DNA of 64,000 nucleotides from Candidatus Kapaibacterium sp. (GCA_044350705.1 JBILHA010000002.1:306295-370294); one strand, 5' to 3'; shown: positions 19,090 through 29,031, counted from the first letter of the stretch. The notes: a model not told the origin generated them from the sequence alone. Translations and numbers: made by a program.

Positions 19090-19482
19090 TTATTTCTCCT
19101 TCGGAATAAACTTCAGCGATACGGAGTTCACGCAATGGCGGGTATCTTTTGGCGTCATTTTTTCACCGGTAAAAACATGACCCAGATGTGCTTTACATTT
19201 TCCACAAATAATTTCGGTTCTTTCGCCATCTGCATCACGTATTCTTTCCACCGCTCCTGGTACTTCGTCGTCAAAACTTGGCCATCCGCATCCAGAAGAA
19301 AATTTATCTTGTGACTCGTAGAGCTTGGCACCACAGCGGCGACAGACGTAAATTCCTTCTTTGTAAAAATCATTGTACTCACCGGAAAAAGGCATTTCTG
19401 TTCCTTTATGGATCATGACCCGCTCTTCTTCAGGTGTCAGTGGCGGCATTGCATGATTGGTCATATGTCTCGACTTTAGCAT
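19090..19482 (-). CDS. msrB: peptide-methionine (R)-S-oxide reductase MsrB
   Basis: Zn-binding CxxC pairs (CRRCGAKLY.., [12 protein letters not shown]) and the catalytic RHCVNS motif. Confidence 0.9.
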   Translation of the reverse strand: MLKSRHMTNHAMPPLTPEEERVMIHKGTEMPFSGEYNDFYKEGIYVCRRCGAKLYESQDKFSSGCGWPSFDDEVPGAVERIRDADGERTEIICGKCKAHLGHVFTGEKMTPKDTRHCVNSVSLKFIPKEK

Positions 19483-19490
19483 AAAAAAGC

Positions 19491-20363
19491 TTATCTCTTG
19501 AAAAGTGCGCTGTAGTTTTCGTTACGTCCATCAATGCGGAGCATATCTTCCGATGACAGATCGAAATCAAAAACATTCGCGTTCTCCGCTATGCGTATGG
19601 GATTGCTCGACTTGGGAATCACCGCATTGCCGTGCTCGAGGGACCACCGAATCATGATTTGCGCGGGAGTCTTTTTATATTTGTTCGCAATTTCTTGGAT
19701 GATGTTGTCATTGAGTTTTTTTCCTCGTGTGAGCGGACTGTATGCCTCGAGCTGAATTCCTTTCTCTTTGCAGTACACGAGGAGTTCTTTTTGGTAGAGG
19801 AACGGACTGAACTCGACTTGATTCACTGCAGGAAGTATTTCACTTTTCTTTTGAAGCTCTTCAAGTTGTTTGATGGAGTAATTACTCACGCCAATGGCTT
19901 TTACTCTTTCTGAGGCGTACATCCTTTCAAGTGATTTCCAGGCGCGATTCTTTCCTGGCGTTGGCCAATGGAGGAGATAGAGATCGATGTAGTCAATATC
20001 AAGATTCTTTAAACTTCTCTCAAAAGCCTTTTCTGCAAATAAGTAATCCGTTGGCCAAAGTTTTGTCGTGACAAATATTTCTTCGCGAGGAATTCCGCTT
20101 TCGCGAATCACCTTTCCTACTGCTTGTTCATTTTTATAAAAGGCGGCGGTATCGAAATGACGATAGCCGATATCGAGCGCTGTCTTTATTGCCTGCTCCA
20201 CCTCTTGATCGGTCATTTGGTAAACGCCGAGACCAAGCGCGGGCATGCGTATGCCGTTGTTGAGTTTATACTTTGCAGAAAGGGAAAGTTCAGTCATATT
20301 TTTTTGTACTCCTCTCTTTTTAGCATCTTCAATCAAAAGATGGTAGACTCCTCTCTTATGCAA
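19491..20363 (-). CDS. aldo/keto reductase (2,5-diketo-D-gluconate reductase-like)
   Basis: GLGVYQ...DTAAFYKNE...FVTTKLW, the AKR catalytic tetrad context. Confidence 0.85.
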   Translation of the reverse strand: MHKRGVYHLLIEDAKKRGVQKNMTELSLSAKYKLNNGIRMPALGLGVYQMTDQEVEQAIKTALDIGYRHFDTAAFYKNEQAVGKVIRESGIPREEIFVTTKLWPTDYLFAEKAFERSLKNLDIDYIDLYLLHWPTPGKNRAWKSLERMYASERVKAIGVSNYSIKQLEELQKKSEILPAVNQVEFSPFLYQKELLVYCKEKGIQLEAYSPLTRGKKLNDNIIQEIANKYKKTPAQIMIRWSLEHGNAVIPKSSNPIRIAENANVFDFDLSSEDMLRIDGRNENYSALFKR

Positions 20364-20927
20364 TCCGAATACGTCATGAGTGCTGTCTCTTTAGATGAGC
20401 TCCCCAAAAACGATAAGCCCCATATTGCCATGGTGGGGCGATCAAATGTAGGAAAATCATCGCTCATTAATTCGCTTACCCAGCGAAAAGATTTGGCGCG
20501 CGTAAGTACCGACCCAGGGCGCACGCAAACCATGAACTTGTATGCGATTGATCGGAAATTCTATTTGATGGATTTGCCGGGCTACGGATTCGCCAGAAAA
20601 TCCAAAGACCAACGAGAGGTTTTTGCTGAGATGATCGAAACGTACCTTCTCGAGACCCCTCAGCTGAAGCTCGTTCTTCTCATTATCGATGCGCGCACCG
20701 GACCTACTGAATTTGATCAGAACATGCTCGCCTTTCTTCAACTTCATCGTCTTCCTTTTGTGATGATCGTGAATAAAATGGACAAGTTAAAGAAAAATGC
20801 CGCAACCGCGCTTTTACACGACATTGCGACACATTTTTCTGATCTCCCCATTATTCCGCATTCGAATGTTGCGCAAGGAAACCGAGCAAAGATCTTGCAG
20901 GTCATTGATGAAGCGATACGGAGCTAG
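20358..20927 (+). CDS. engB: ribosome biogenesis GTP-binding protein YsxC/EngB
   Basis: G1 motif GRSNVGKSS, G3 DLPGYG, G4 NKMDK. The start (20358 or 20376) diverges from the AKR gene start with a 6-nt overlap. Confidence 0.85.
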   Translation: MQSEYVMSAVSLDELPKNDKPHIAMVGRSNVGKSSLINSLTQRKDLARVSTDPGRTQTMNLYAIDRKFYLMDLPGYGFARKSKDQREVFAEMIETYLLETPQLKLVLLIIDARTGPTEFDQNMLAFLQLHRLPFVMIVNKMDKLKKNAATALLHDIATHFSDLPIIPHSNVAQGNRAKILQVIDEAIRS

Positions 20928-21922
20928 CCGCGGAAGATGAGATAGAGAACGTAACCAATGTAGAGCGCTACAAAAATCACCCCCTGCCAGCGATCAAGCG
21001 TGTGACGCTTGCCCAGGAACATGCTCACGAAGAGTACTATCGTTGCTGCAATGCCCACTGCAACGTCCACGAGACCACCCGGCGGCAGTGGGAGGGGGCG
21101 AATCAATGCGGTAACGCCAAGAATCCAGAAGATGTTGAAGATATTCGAACCAACAACGTTCCCAATGGCGATATCCGAATTTCCGCGGTAGGCGGCGACT
21201 GCGGACGTTGCGAGTTCTGGGAGCGAGGTTCCCACCGCTACGATCGTGAGACCGATGAGCGTAGAACTTACGCCGAGAGCGGTAGCAAGAGATACCGCAC
21301 CATCAACAACGAGCTTTCCTCCAATCACGAGTCCCACCAAACCTCCAATGATACTCAGCCCCATTACCAGGCCGCTCATTTGTTTTTCTTTTGGTTCTTT
21401 TCCTCTTTTCTTTTGCGCTGCCTTGTTGGCTTCTTTTTCTGGAACGCTCTTTGTCAGTCCAAAGGTGTAGTAGAAAAATACTGCGAATAACCCCAGGAGC
21501 ACGAGCCCATCGGCACGCATGATCGCAGAAAAACTTGCGCCATCAATAAGCCCATCAGCGACGAGTACCCCCGCCATCAGCATCGCGAGCAGACTAAAAG
21601 GAATCTCCTTCCATGTTGTGCCCTTTTGTACAGTCAACGGTCGAATAATCGCGCAAATACCGAGAATGAACAGAATGTTTGCGATATTACTTCCTACGAC
21701 ATTTCCGAGCGCAATCTCCGTATTTCCCTGGAGAGCAGACGTAATACTTACCACTAGCTCGGGAGCTGATGTTCCGAATGCTACAATCGTCAGGCCAATC
21801 ACCAGCTGCGGAACACCAAAGCGCTTCGCAAGTGCGCTTGCACCTCCCACTAACCAATCTGCACCTTTAATCAAGAGGGGAAATCCTGCCAAGAGATAGA
21901 GAAGGCTCGTCATATGTGGCAA
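20924..21922 (-). CDS. Na+/Ca2+ exchanger (CaCA family, YrbG-like) membrane protein
   Basis: Two alpha-repeat motifs, GTSAPELVVSI and GTSLPELATS, each followed by GNVVGSNIxNI. Confidence 0.85.
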   Translation of the reverse strand: MPHMTSLLYLLAGFPLLIKGADWLVGGASALAKRFGVPQLVIGLTIVAFGTSAPELVVSITSALQGNTEIALGNVVGSNIANILFILGICAIIRPLTVQKGTTWKEIPFSLLAMLMAGVLVADGLIDGASFSAIMRADGLVLLGLFAVFFYYTFGLTKSVPEKEANKAAQKKRGKEPKEKQMSGLVMGLSIIGGLVGLVIGGKLVVDGAVSLATALGVSSTLIGLTIVAVGTSLPELATSAVAAYRGNSDIAIGNVVGSNIFNIFWILGVTALIRPLPLPPGGLVDVAVGIAATIVLFVSMFLGKRHTLDRWQGVIFVALYIGYVLYLIFRG

Positions 21923-22049
21923 AAGTATAGCGCCCTCTTTTTTTCATGATCATGATCTCGGCAACTCTTGTTTGCGCGTATTTTCTCCATTGCATAATAC
22001 TTCATCTGCTGCCTTTTTTTCGCAAGATATCACTCTATTTGTCATGCGG

Positions 22050-22087
22050 ATGAAAACAAAAACACCCCGTAACGGGGTGTTTTTTTA
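22050..22087 (-). terminator. rho-independent terminator downstream of the protease gene
   Basis: aaaaacaccccgtaacggggtgtttttttag. Confidence 0.7.
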
Positions 22088-23455
22088 GTAGCTCATCGTT
22101 CCACTTGGAAGCTTTTCAAGATCTGCATTCGCAATACCGAGACTCAAGAATCGCATAATGTCATATGCCTCATCACCGTCTTTCATGTAAATGCGTCGGC
22201 AAGTATCTGGATGGATGTACCATGCTTCGCCATGCTCTTCGACCTGGAGAAGAATATATCCCTTTAATCGGTTTGCGAGCGCGTTTGAGGAACAGATGCT
22301 TGTGGACGTAAGCATTTCTGCAGATGATGCTACGGAAGGTATCTTGGCGAGATCGGCATTGGTTATTCCGAGACTGAATGAACGCATCATTTCGTAGGCA
22401 ATATCACCATTGGCCATGTAGTAACGCAAGCTATTGTTTGGATTGATATACCATGCTTCGCCATGCTCTTCGACCTGGAGAAGGATGCGGCCCTTGAGAC
22501 GCGCAACCATCGCTGCATCATGTTTTTCAGGAACATATTTTCCTGCTTCAGGCTCAGCTCCTATCGATTCACCCCCATCATCAGTTTCTAAGACCTCTTC
22601 TCGGTTATGGTCTTCGTCATCTTCGTCCGATTCACTTTCTGTTTGCTCCACCTCATCTGAAGATCCGAACACGTCTTCTCGTGCTGCTTCGTCAGAAGCA
22701 AAGTTATAGCAATTTCCGTCAAAGCAGAAGGTATTTTCAGTTGAGTAAAGCGTATCGTAATCGCGTACTGCAATATCAGCGCCAAATGCATCTTCTAAGA
22801 TCGCATTGATACTTTGAAGATAACTGATGCTATTGATTTCTCCCGTCACTGCCGCGGTAGGAATGGCAAAGAAATTTCCTAAAGTATCAAATGCTCCTCC
22901 TCCGGAATTTCCCTGATCGATGTCTACGTCAGATTTGAACCAGTTGGTTCCTGTAAATCCCGAGATGCTTCCTATACTTGCAGTAATGGTTGCACCGCCT
23001 GTAGACGGATATCCGAGAACATAGATGCTCTCGTTGAGTACCATAGCGTCAGAATTGGCAAATTCTACGTAGCTATCCAGCTCATGGGGACTCCCATCAT
23101 CGTTTTCTACGGCCATGATGGCGTAGTCAAAGTAGTCATCATATCTTCCGACTACTGGCTCGAGCCAAAAGCTAAATTCCGGCTCTACGTATGATGAGGT
23201 ACTGATTCCTCCAATACAGTCCTCGTAGTAGTATCCGTCTTCGTCGGCAACCACGTGAGCATTGGTAATGACATGAGATTCTCCGATCGCCACTCCAGAA
23301 CCTGAAACTACGGGAATAAATTCGTCATTCTCCCAATTTCCACATTCGATGTAAACGATGTTACGGATATTGCTTTCGATATCCGTTGTTGCCCCCACGG
23401 GAAGTGGGCTCGCTAAAATACTTAGCGCAGCAATGGGAGCAATGAATTTCTTCAT
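22085..23455 (-). CDS. secreted trypsin-like serine protease (S1 family) with two C-terminal tandem 55-aa repeats of unknown function
   Basis: Signal peptide. Catalytic His (ITNAHVV), Asp (DYAIMAV), Ser (GNSGGG). DNA repeats at about 22140-22300 and 22370-22520 encode LKG.ILLQVEEHGEAWYI.P...R.YM.DGD.AY..MR..SLGI.NADL.K.P twice. Confidence 0.75.
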   Translation of the reverse strand: MKKFIAPIAALSILASPLPVGATTDIESNIRNIVYIECGNWENDEFIPVVSGSGVAIGESHVITNAHVVADEDGYYYEDCIGGISTSSYVEPEFSFWLEPVVGRYDDYFDYAIMAVENDDGSPHELDSYVEFANSDAMVLNESIYVLGYPSTGGATITASIGSISGFTGTNWFKSDVDIDQGNSGGGAFDTLGNFFAIPTAAVTGEINSISYLQSINAILEDAFGADIAVRDYDTLYSTENTFCFDGNCYNFASDEAAREDVFGSSDEVEQTESESDEDDEDHNREEVLETDDGGESIGAEPEAGKYVPEKHDAAMVARLKGRILLQVEEHGEAWYINPNNSLRYYMANGDIAYEMMRSFSLGITNADLAKIPSVASSAEMLTSTSICSSNALANRLKGYILLQVEEHGEAWYIHPDTCRRIYMKDGDEAYDIMRFLSLGIANADLEKLPSGTMSY

Positions 23456-23778
23456 AGGTTTTCAGTTATGAGATTTTGGTTGAGTATGCATGAATGACTT
23501 TGTAGCAGCAATAAAGACGGTGGATGTCTTGCTCCTTGTAAAAATCTTTTCCTTGAAAATGCGTGGCCAGAGGGTGTCTTGAGATATTTTTCAAAATCTC
23601 GTGCCTGTTCTTTTATTGAAAGGCATGCGTACCAAACCAATTTCCACGGACGATATTTTCTTGTGTATGAGGATTTTCCTTCATGATGTTCTCTTAACCT
23701 TGTTTTTACTTCTCTTGAAGTTAGTCCGTAGTAATATTTTCCACTACTTAAGCTTCGAATAATGTATGTCGTAAACAT
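23452..23778 (-). CDS. stand-alone GIY-YIG nuclease family protein
   Basis: YIIRS..GKYYYGLT..R...H motif in a 108-aa protein. Confidence 0.75.
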   Translation of the reverse strand: MFTTYIIRSLSSGKYYYGLTSREVKTRLREHHEGKSSYTRKYRPWKLVWYACLSIKEQARDFEKYLKTPSGHAFSRKRFLQGARHPPSLLLLQSHSCILNQNLITENL

Positions 23779-23799
23779 AACTCTCTTAGCTTAACAAAT

Positions 23800-23838
23800 A
23801 AAAAGAACAACGCACTTTTGCTCGTTGTTCTTTTACTT
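23800..23838 (-). terminator. rho-independent terminator of the tRNA-Ser transcript
   Basis: Stem agaacaacg/cgttgttct with a T-run on the minus strand. Confidence 0.55.
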
Positions 23839-23849
23839 CTTTTATGACA

Positions 23850-23945
23850 TTGCCCCACTCCGCTCCAGCGGAGCTTCGTTGGGGGCAATCCCACTTCGTC
23901 TTTTGGTTCGACATCCCTAACGGAGCCCGAAGGGCGAAGTGGGAT
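23850..23945 (-). other. two stable hairpins immediately 3' of tRNA-Ser (possible processed trailer or small structured RNA)
   Basis: ttgcccc..ctccgc-tcca-gcggag..ggggcaa and atcccacttcg...cccttcggg...cgaagtgggat. Neither is a tRNA. Confidence 0.35.
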
Positions 23946-24035
23946 GGCGGAGAAGGAGGGATTCGAACCCTCGATACCCTTTCGGGTATACCGGATTTCG
24001 AGTCCGGCGCATTCGACCAACTCTGCCACCTCTCC
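23945..24035 (-). tRNA. tRNA-Ser(CGA), long variable arm, CCA encoded
   Basis: The reverse complement gives GGAGAGG..D-arm..ccggaCTCGAAatccgg, a 17-nt variable arm, T-arm GAGGGTTCGAATCCCTC and acceptor CTTCTCC-G-CCA. Confidence 0.85.
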
Positions 24036-24087
24036 AAGGTCTTTGCGGGCATCAGTGTATCCAATTCGCGTTTTTTCTACAAGAAAG

Positions 24088-24423
24088 CTATCTCACTTTT
24101 ACCAGACAGCTCACATCTCGCATTTCCTGGATAAATCCCTCAATGGGACTTTCTTTTTTCCCCATCAAGATACGGAGTTGTCGCAGGACTTCTTCTTTTA
24201 CAATCCCGCTTCCGTGGCCATAGATAATGCGCACGATTTTTCCTAAGTTTCGATATATGAGATGTTCGAGCTCAAAAGCGACCGCATCGCGTGGAAGGCC
24301 GTGGAGATCAGCAAAGGGCAAAGTAGGATCTAGTGACGCGATCGTCAGTTCTCCTTCTAACGTAAGAGGAGCACTTGCGCGCTCCTCTTGGGAATCTCTT
24401 TTCTTATTCCACTTTCGTTTCAT
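24088..24423 (-). CDS. Smr (small MutS-related) domain protein
   Basis: DLHGL...IVRIIYGHGSGIVKEEV matches the Smr LDLHG/HGxG signature. Confidence 0.7.
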   Translation of the reverse strand: MKRKWNKKRDSQEERASAPLTLEGELTIASLDPTLPFADLHGLPRDAVAFELEHLIYRNLGKIVRIIYGHGSGIVKEEVLRQLRILMGKKESPIEGFIQEMRDVSCLVKVR

Positions 24424-24427
24424 AGGC

Positions 24428-25498
24428 CTATGCCTTTCCCATCATCTCCTTGAATGCGTCAACGTACGGAATGGCGGTTGTTTGTTCTTTATTCATCATG
24501 GCGAGATACCAGGAAACGTAGCTTGAGAACTGGAGCACCTCACACGCTTCTTCAAGGAGATCTTTTCCGCGTGCAACGTAATCAACGACATGAATGCCAA
24601 TCTCCTCCCCCATGTCCGCGGTCACCGTAAAACGCTTCCGCGTACGAGGATGGTAAAGGGAAGAGTGCAAGAAAAGCATTGCGGTGTTTTTCGAAAAATC
24701 CTTCGGATGAGAGAAGCTTTCGAGGAGGTGATGGTTGAGCTCGGGAAGTACGAAATAGGTTGCGAATTGTTTTCCGGTCTCATTGATTTGATTCGCAAAA
24801 ATATGTGCGTTACCCCCGAGATGCTCTGCGCCCACCACAAGCACATGCTTTTCCGCGATTGCTGCAGCGACTTGTTTTGCAGGATTTTCATCAAAGGCAA
24901 CATCGTTTGCGCACAGATCTGTCACTTCTGCCATCGCAGAAATTGCACGACGAATATCCTCTTCTTTTGCTAAGGAGATTCCTGCGCGGGCAAGAAGTCC
25001 GAGGATTCCCGCAAAAGAAAAACCGATTCCCAAACGAGGCTGCTTGGCAAGATCACCGGGAGTAAAAATGTACGCAGGCACCTCATGCTTTTTTGCCCAT
25101 GCCGCAAGCGTTCCCCCTGCAGCAATAACGAGAAGCTTCGCTTTCTTTTTACGTGCATCATCTGCCGCTGCGAGTACCTCTTCAGTGGTTCCAGAATAGC
25201 TTGAAAGAATCACCAGGGCGTCGGTTCCCACCCATGCAGGAATGGAATAATCGCGCACAATAGAAAATGGCATTTTTCCTTTCTTTTGAAAAAGATCTTG
25301 GAGAACATGCGCGCCAAGTGCTGACCCCCCCATCCCCACCACGACAATGTGCTTTACTTTTGCATAGGTCTTTGGAATCGCAACCTCCTGCGCATCATGC
25401 CAAGCCATGTGCACCTGCTCTGCAAGACGATCAATGCCAAAACCTATGTCGTCCGGGTCGTGCTTGGCGTAAATACGGATATCATCGAGTACATGCAT
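24428..25498 (-). CDS. bifunctional phosphoglucose/phosphomannose isomerase (SIS domain, archaeal-type PGI/PMI)
   Basis: SIS motifs VVVGMGGSALGAHV and LVILSSYSGTTEE, plus a C-terminal PGI/PMI region. Confidence 0.8.
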   Translation of the reverse strand: MHVLDDIRIYAKHDPDDIGFGIDRLAEQVHMAWHDAQEVAIPKTYAKVKHIVVVGMGGSALGAHVLQDLFQKKGKMPFSIVRDYSIPAWVGTDALVILSSYSGTTEEVLAAADDARKKKAKLLVIAAGGTLAAWAKKHEVPAYIFTPGDLAKQPRLGIGFSFAGILGLLARAGISLAKEEDIRRAISAMAEVTDLCANDVAFDENPAKQVAAAIAEKHVLVVGAEHLGGNAHIFANQINETGKQFATYFVLPELNHHLLESFSHPKDFSKNTAMLFLHSSLYHPRTRKRFTVTADMGEEIGIHVVDYVARGKDLLEEACEVLQFSSYVSWYLAMMNKEQTTAIPYVDAFKEMMGKA

Positions 25499-25501
25499 AG
25501 T

Positions 25502-26665
25502 TTATTCCCACACTTTCCCAATCATTCCTGCAAGGCGCATGCGATCAGCCATGTTTCCCAGAAGAATGACCCCCACTAAAATATTCTTTCTGATAAAAAT
25601 TTGTACGTATCCGGTATCAGCAGGCATCACTTTTACTTCGTCTGCTGTATCTTTTTGTACATCGCCTAGGAAAGCGATTTTACAGCCCAGAAGCTCAGTC
25701 GTGTATTGCGAGAGGGGGAGCTCAGCAGGCGCTTCTCCTCGACACATTTTCCCTACTTTTCTTCCCTCCTGTTGCGCATGGGCCCAATTGCCGTGAATTC
25801 GGGAACGCCTCGTGAAGGCATCTGTTGTTTGCGCAACATCTCCTGCAGTATACACATCCGCTGCAGAAGTGAGGAGATTTTCTTGCGCGAGTATTCCTTC
25901 TTGTACTTCTACGCCAGCCCCTCCAGCCAGCTCAGTTTCTGGCTCTGCACCAATTCCTACCCCAAGAAAATGTGCCGGGTATTCTTTTCCGTGGATATCT
26001 TTTATCCCGATCAGCGCATCACCTTCGGTGCAGATTTCAATATCTCCCACATCTTCATACACCCCCACCCCCTCAGAGGTAAGCACGTCGCGCAGGACTT
26101 GCTGCCCTTCTGAAAGAAGGGTTTTGGACCAAAATCCTTTTCCTCGCAAAAGTACCCGCGGTTTCTTTCCTGCTTTCACGAGCGCATTGATGAATTCACA
26201 CGAAATGAATCCTCCTCCATATACCACCGCCTCATCCTCCAACGTTAGCCTCCCTATATGCTCCCTTATGCCATCAGCATCACTGAGCGTATAGAGATAA
26301 TGAACCCCCTTTGCATGTTCTCCGAGCAAGCGCGGGCGCGTCCCAGTTGCGATAATGAGTACATCGTAGGAGAGCTCCCGATCGTCGGAGATGCGGACAA
26401 ATTTGTTTCGCGTATCAATCTCCCATGCTTCGGTTCCGGAAAGGTAGGAAATATTTTTTTCCGCGTACCACGCTTCTGACTTTAAAAATACCTTTTCTCG
26501 AGGAATGACTCCTTTTACATAATGCGGCAAAAGTACGCGAGAATAGAGCGGATTATTTTCTCGCTCAATGATAAAAATGTCACACGCGGCGTCTTTTGCA
26601 CGTATTTCTTCTGCGGCACTTACGCCGGCAATTCCCCCGCCAATAATGACAACGGTTTTTGACAT
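25502..26665 (-). CDS. FAD/NAD(P)-dependent pyridine nucleotide-disulfide family oxidoreductase (ferredoxin/rubredoxin reductase-like)
   Basis: GGGIAG FAD dinucleotide motif and a second Rossmann GGG motif. Start taken at MSKTVVIIGGG so it does not overlap the ferredoxin gene. Confidence 0.75.
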   Translation of the reverse strand: MSKTVVIIGGGIAGVSAAEEIRAKDAACDIFIIERENNPLYSRVLLPHYVKGVIPREKVFLKSEAWYAEKNISYLSGTEAWEIDTRNKFVRISDDRELSYDVLIIATGTRPRLLGEHAKGVHYLYTLSDADGIREHIGRLTLEDEAVVYGGGFISCEFINALVKAGKKPRVLLRGKGFWSKTLLSEGQQVLRDVLTSEGVGVYEDVGDIEICTEGDALIGIKDIHGKEYPAHFLGVGIGAEPETELAGGAGVEVQEGILAQENLLTSAADVYTAGDVAQTTDAFTRRSRIHGNWAHAQQEGRKVGKMCRGEAPAELPLSQYTTELLGCKIAFLGDVQKDTADEVKVMPADTGYVQIFIRKNILVGVILLGNMADRMRLAGMIGKVWE

Positions 26666-26666
26666 G

Positions 26667-26927
26667 CTACGGATAGAGCTTGTTTCCTGTTTCATCGAAT
26701 ACTTCAATGGCGAGGGTTGGGCATGATTGCGCGCCCATGATCACGGTTTCAAGTTGCTCAGGCGTGAGCTCAACCTCGCGTGCATAGCTTGGACCATCAG
26801 GAGCTTGGCCGTGCTCCAGCACTTCTGCTTTATTCTCGGTATTCAGCGTAAACGCTTCAGGAGCAATCGTGACGCAGCTTGCGGCGCCAATACACAGGTC
26901 TGGGTCTACAACAATGCGGTACTTCAT
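26667..26927 (-). CDS. 4Fe-4S single-cluster ferredoxin
   Basis: CIGAASC...C and C-terminal CP motifs in an 86-aa protein. Immediately upstream of, and apparently co-transcribed with, the oxidoreductase gene. Confidence 0.7.
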   Translation of the reverse strand: MKYRIVVDPDLCIGAASCVTIAPEAFTLNTENKAEVLEHGQAPDGPSYAREVELTPEQLETVIMGAQSCPTLAIEVFDETGNKLYP

Positions 26928-26932
26928 AAAAT

Positions 26933-28033
26933 CTATAAAAGCATACGTTTCAGCACCTCTGCCGTCAACGCCCCCGCACGGGATGCCTCTCCTAAGGTGA
27001 GGGGATGTCCAAAGGAAAATCGTACGGTTGAGCGTATTTCTTCTTCAGACATTCCTAGTGCCCTGAGCACATGACTCCGCTCCCCTTCACGTTTACATGC
27101 TGATGCCGCTGAACACGCTATCCCTGCCGCATCTAACCGAAGAACCAGCTCTTCGGCATCTTTTCCGAAGAAGGTAATGCTGACAATATGCGAAGCGGTA
27201 TTTTTCCCATCATTTATTCTCATCTCTCCGCTTCCTTTTTGCATCTCTTTCAGAAAGGCTTCCTTGCACGCACGTACGTGTACCACCCGCTGCGTTCGCT
27301 CTTTTTTCAAGAGCGCACATGCTTCTCCGAAACCTACGATACCAGGAACATTTTCTGTTCCCGGACGGAGTCTCTGCTCCTGAGTTCCTCCATTCCATAC
27401 CTTTGCGATAGGTGTTCCTTTTCTTACAAAAAGTGCCCCCATCCCTTTTGGCCCATACATTTTTGCCGCACCAAAGCTCGCTAAATCTAACGGAGTACGT
27501 TCACAAGAAATCTCTTCTGTCACTATTGCCTGCGCAATGTCTGAGTGTAGAAGAGGACGACGACCGTGCGTCTTTTCTATTTTTTGCAGTCGGATTGCAA
27601 GATCGTGAATATCTGCAATATGTCCGGTTTCATTATTTACCCACATCGAAGAGATGAGCGTCACTCCCTCGGATAGCAGCTCTTCAATAGACGTTTCCTG
27701 TTTCCACTCGTACGCCCCGTTCTCTTCAGGCAATCCCGCCTGATGCTCCGTCTTTGCAATTGCCTGTTTTCCCCCTAATTTTCTTTGTACTCCTTGGAGC
27801 GCGAGGTTGAGTGATTCTGTTGTTCCACTGGTAAAAACAATCTCTTCCGGCTGTGCATGGAGCAGTTCTGCTACTTGCTGCCGAGCATACTGTATCGCTT
27901 TCAGTGCATCCTGACCTTCTTTATGGACACTTGAGGGGTTTCCGAATACCTCCGAAAAAAATGGCTCCATTTTTTCCTTTACCCGTGGGTCAAGGGGTGT
28001 TGCAGCTGCGTAATCAAGATATATTCGCTTCAT
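26933..28033 (-). CDS. cysteine desulfurase (class V aminotransferase, IscS/NifS-like)
   Basis: YLDYAAATP...FTSGTTES...PLP-Lys region...active-site SACK-like motif. Confidence 0.85.
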   Translation of the reverse strand: MKRIYLDYAAATPLDPRVKEKMEPFFSEVFGNPSSVHKEGQDALKAIQYARQQVAELLHAQPEEIVFTSGTTESLNLALQGVQRKLGGKQAIAKTEHQAGLPEENGAYEWKQETSIEELLSEGVTLISSMWVNNETGHIADIHDLAIRLQKIEKTHGRRPLLHSDIAQAIVTEEISCERTPLDLASFGAAKMYGPKGMGALFVRKGTPIAKVWNGGTQEQRLRPGTENVPGIVGFGEACALLKKERTQRVVHVRACKEAFLKEMQKGSGEMRINDGKNTASHIVSITFFGKDAEELVLRLDAAGIACSAASACKREGERSHVLRALGMSEEEIRSTVRFSFGHPLTLGEASRAGALTAEVLKRMLL

Positions 28034-29031
28034 ACCGTATCTTCGCAATTTCCGTACGTTGCCGCATAACAACGCACACCTTCGTGCGACACGCCAATAC
28101 GTAAGCTTCCCTTATGGTATACCTTCGCTTTTACGAGACTGTACATTCTTGGTTCGCGCACCTGTACATACGTCTTTCCTCGCTCTTCTTCTATATCTTC
28201 TCCTCGCATCTCAGGAGCAAGAGGCGCTCCGTTTAGCGATACCTCTAACCTCGCGCTTTTTCCTTCGGGGGCTTCAAGAACAAGATTTACCGAATACGCG
28301 CGATACTGAAAGCGGAGATATTCATACATCCCCGACACCGCGCGTGCGTGTTCGATGTATTCTCCGTGCACTTTCCAGTGTCCGTGCAGTGTTGCTACTC
28401 CTTCTTCCTGAATCGCTTCATCATCCGTACATGCAAGTTCCTCACCCGGCAATGCATCGCATGTATTCTCAATCTTTCCCCGAAGGAATCCAAAATATGT
28501 TTCCTGTGTGGTTCGATAACAGACCTTCCCCCCCACGGAGGCATCAGGGCCAATTGCCGGCAGATCTTTTGCACCGATTTTTCTTAATTCCTCTTGAATC
28601 GCAAGTTCAGTTGTCGCATAGGCACCTTCTCCCGCATGGTCGTACACCACCACTCCTTCTGCGTTCACTAAAAATTTTCTTGGCCAGACCCGATTTGCAT
28701 ACAGCTTCCATAGTGCATATTCATCATCAAGCAATACCGGGTACGTGATGCCAAGGCGCTCGAGAGCATCTTTAACATGATCTGGATTTTTCTCAAAAGC
28801 AAATTCTGGAGTATGCACTCCAATGACCACCAACCCCTCTTTTTCATAGGTTTTGTGCCAGCGCTTGAGATGGGGAAGGGTGCGAATACAATTTACGCAT
28901 GAGTAGGTCCAGAAATCTACAAGTACGACCTTGCCGCGCAGTTCGCGCATCGTGAGGGGACCCCCTTGAAGCCATGGTGTTTCTGGAGGAAATTCCGGCG
29001 CGCGCACGCGCCCATAATGATGTACGAACAT
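28030..29031 (-). CDS. thioredoxin-fold (redoxin/AhpC-TSA-like) protein fused to a C-terminal domain of unknown function
   Basis: VLVDFWTYSCVNCIRTLP thioredoxin-like CxxC, plus a roughly 170-aa C-terminal extension. Confidence 0.7.
   Translation of the reverse strand: MFVHHYGRVRAPEFPPETPWLQGGPLTMRELRGKVVLVDFWTYSCVNCIRTLPHLKRWHKTYEKEGLVVIGVHTPEFAFEKNPDHVKDALERLGITYPVLLDDEYALWKLYANRVWPRKFLVNAEGVVVYDHAGEGAYATTELAIQEELRKIGAKDLPAIGPDASVGGKVCYRTTQETYFGFLRGKIENTCDALPGEELACTDDEAIQEEGVATLHGHWKVHGEYIEHARAVSGMYEYLRFQYRAYSVNLVLEAPEGKSARLEVSLNGAPLAPEMRGEDIEEERGKTYVQVREPRMYSLVKAKVYHKGSLRIGVSHEGVRCYAATYGNCEDTV

Noticed and set aside
23840-23944. Possible second tRNA next to tRNA-Ser (GGTTCGA-like motif)
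   Set aside because: No cloverleaf: no acceptor/T-stem pairing around ggttcgacatcc, and no anticodon arm.
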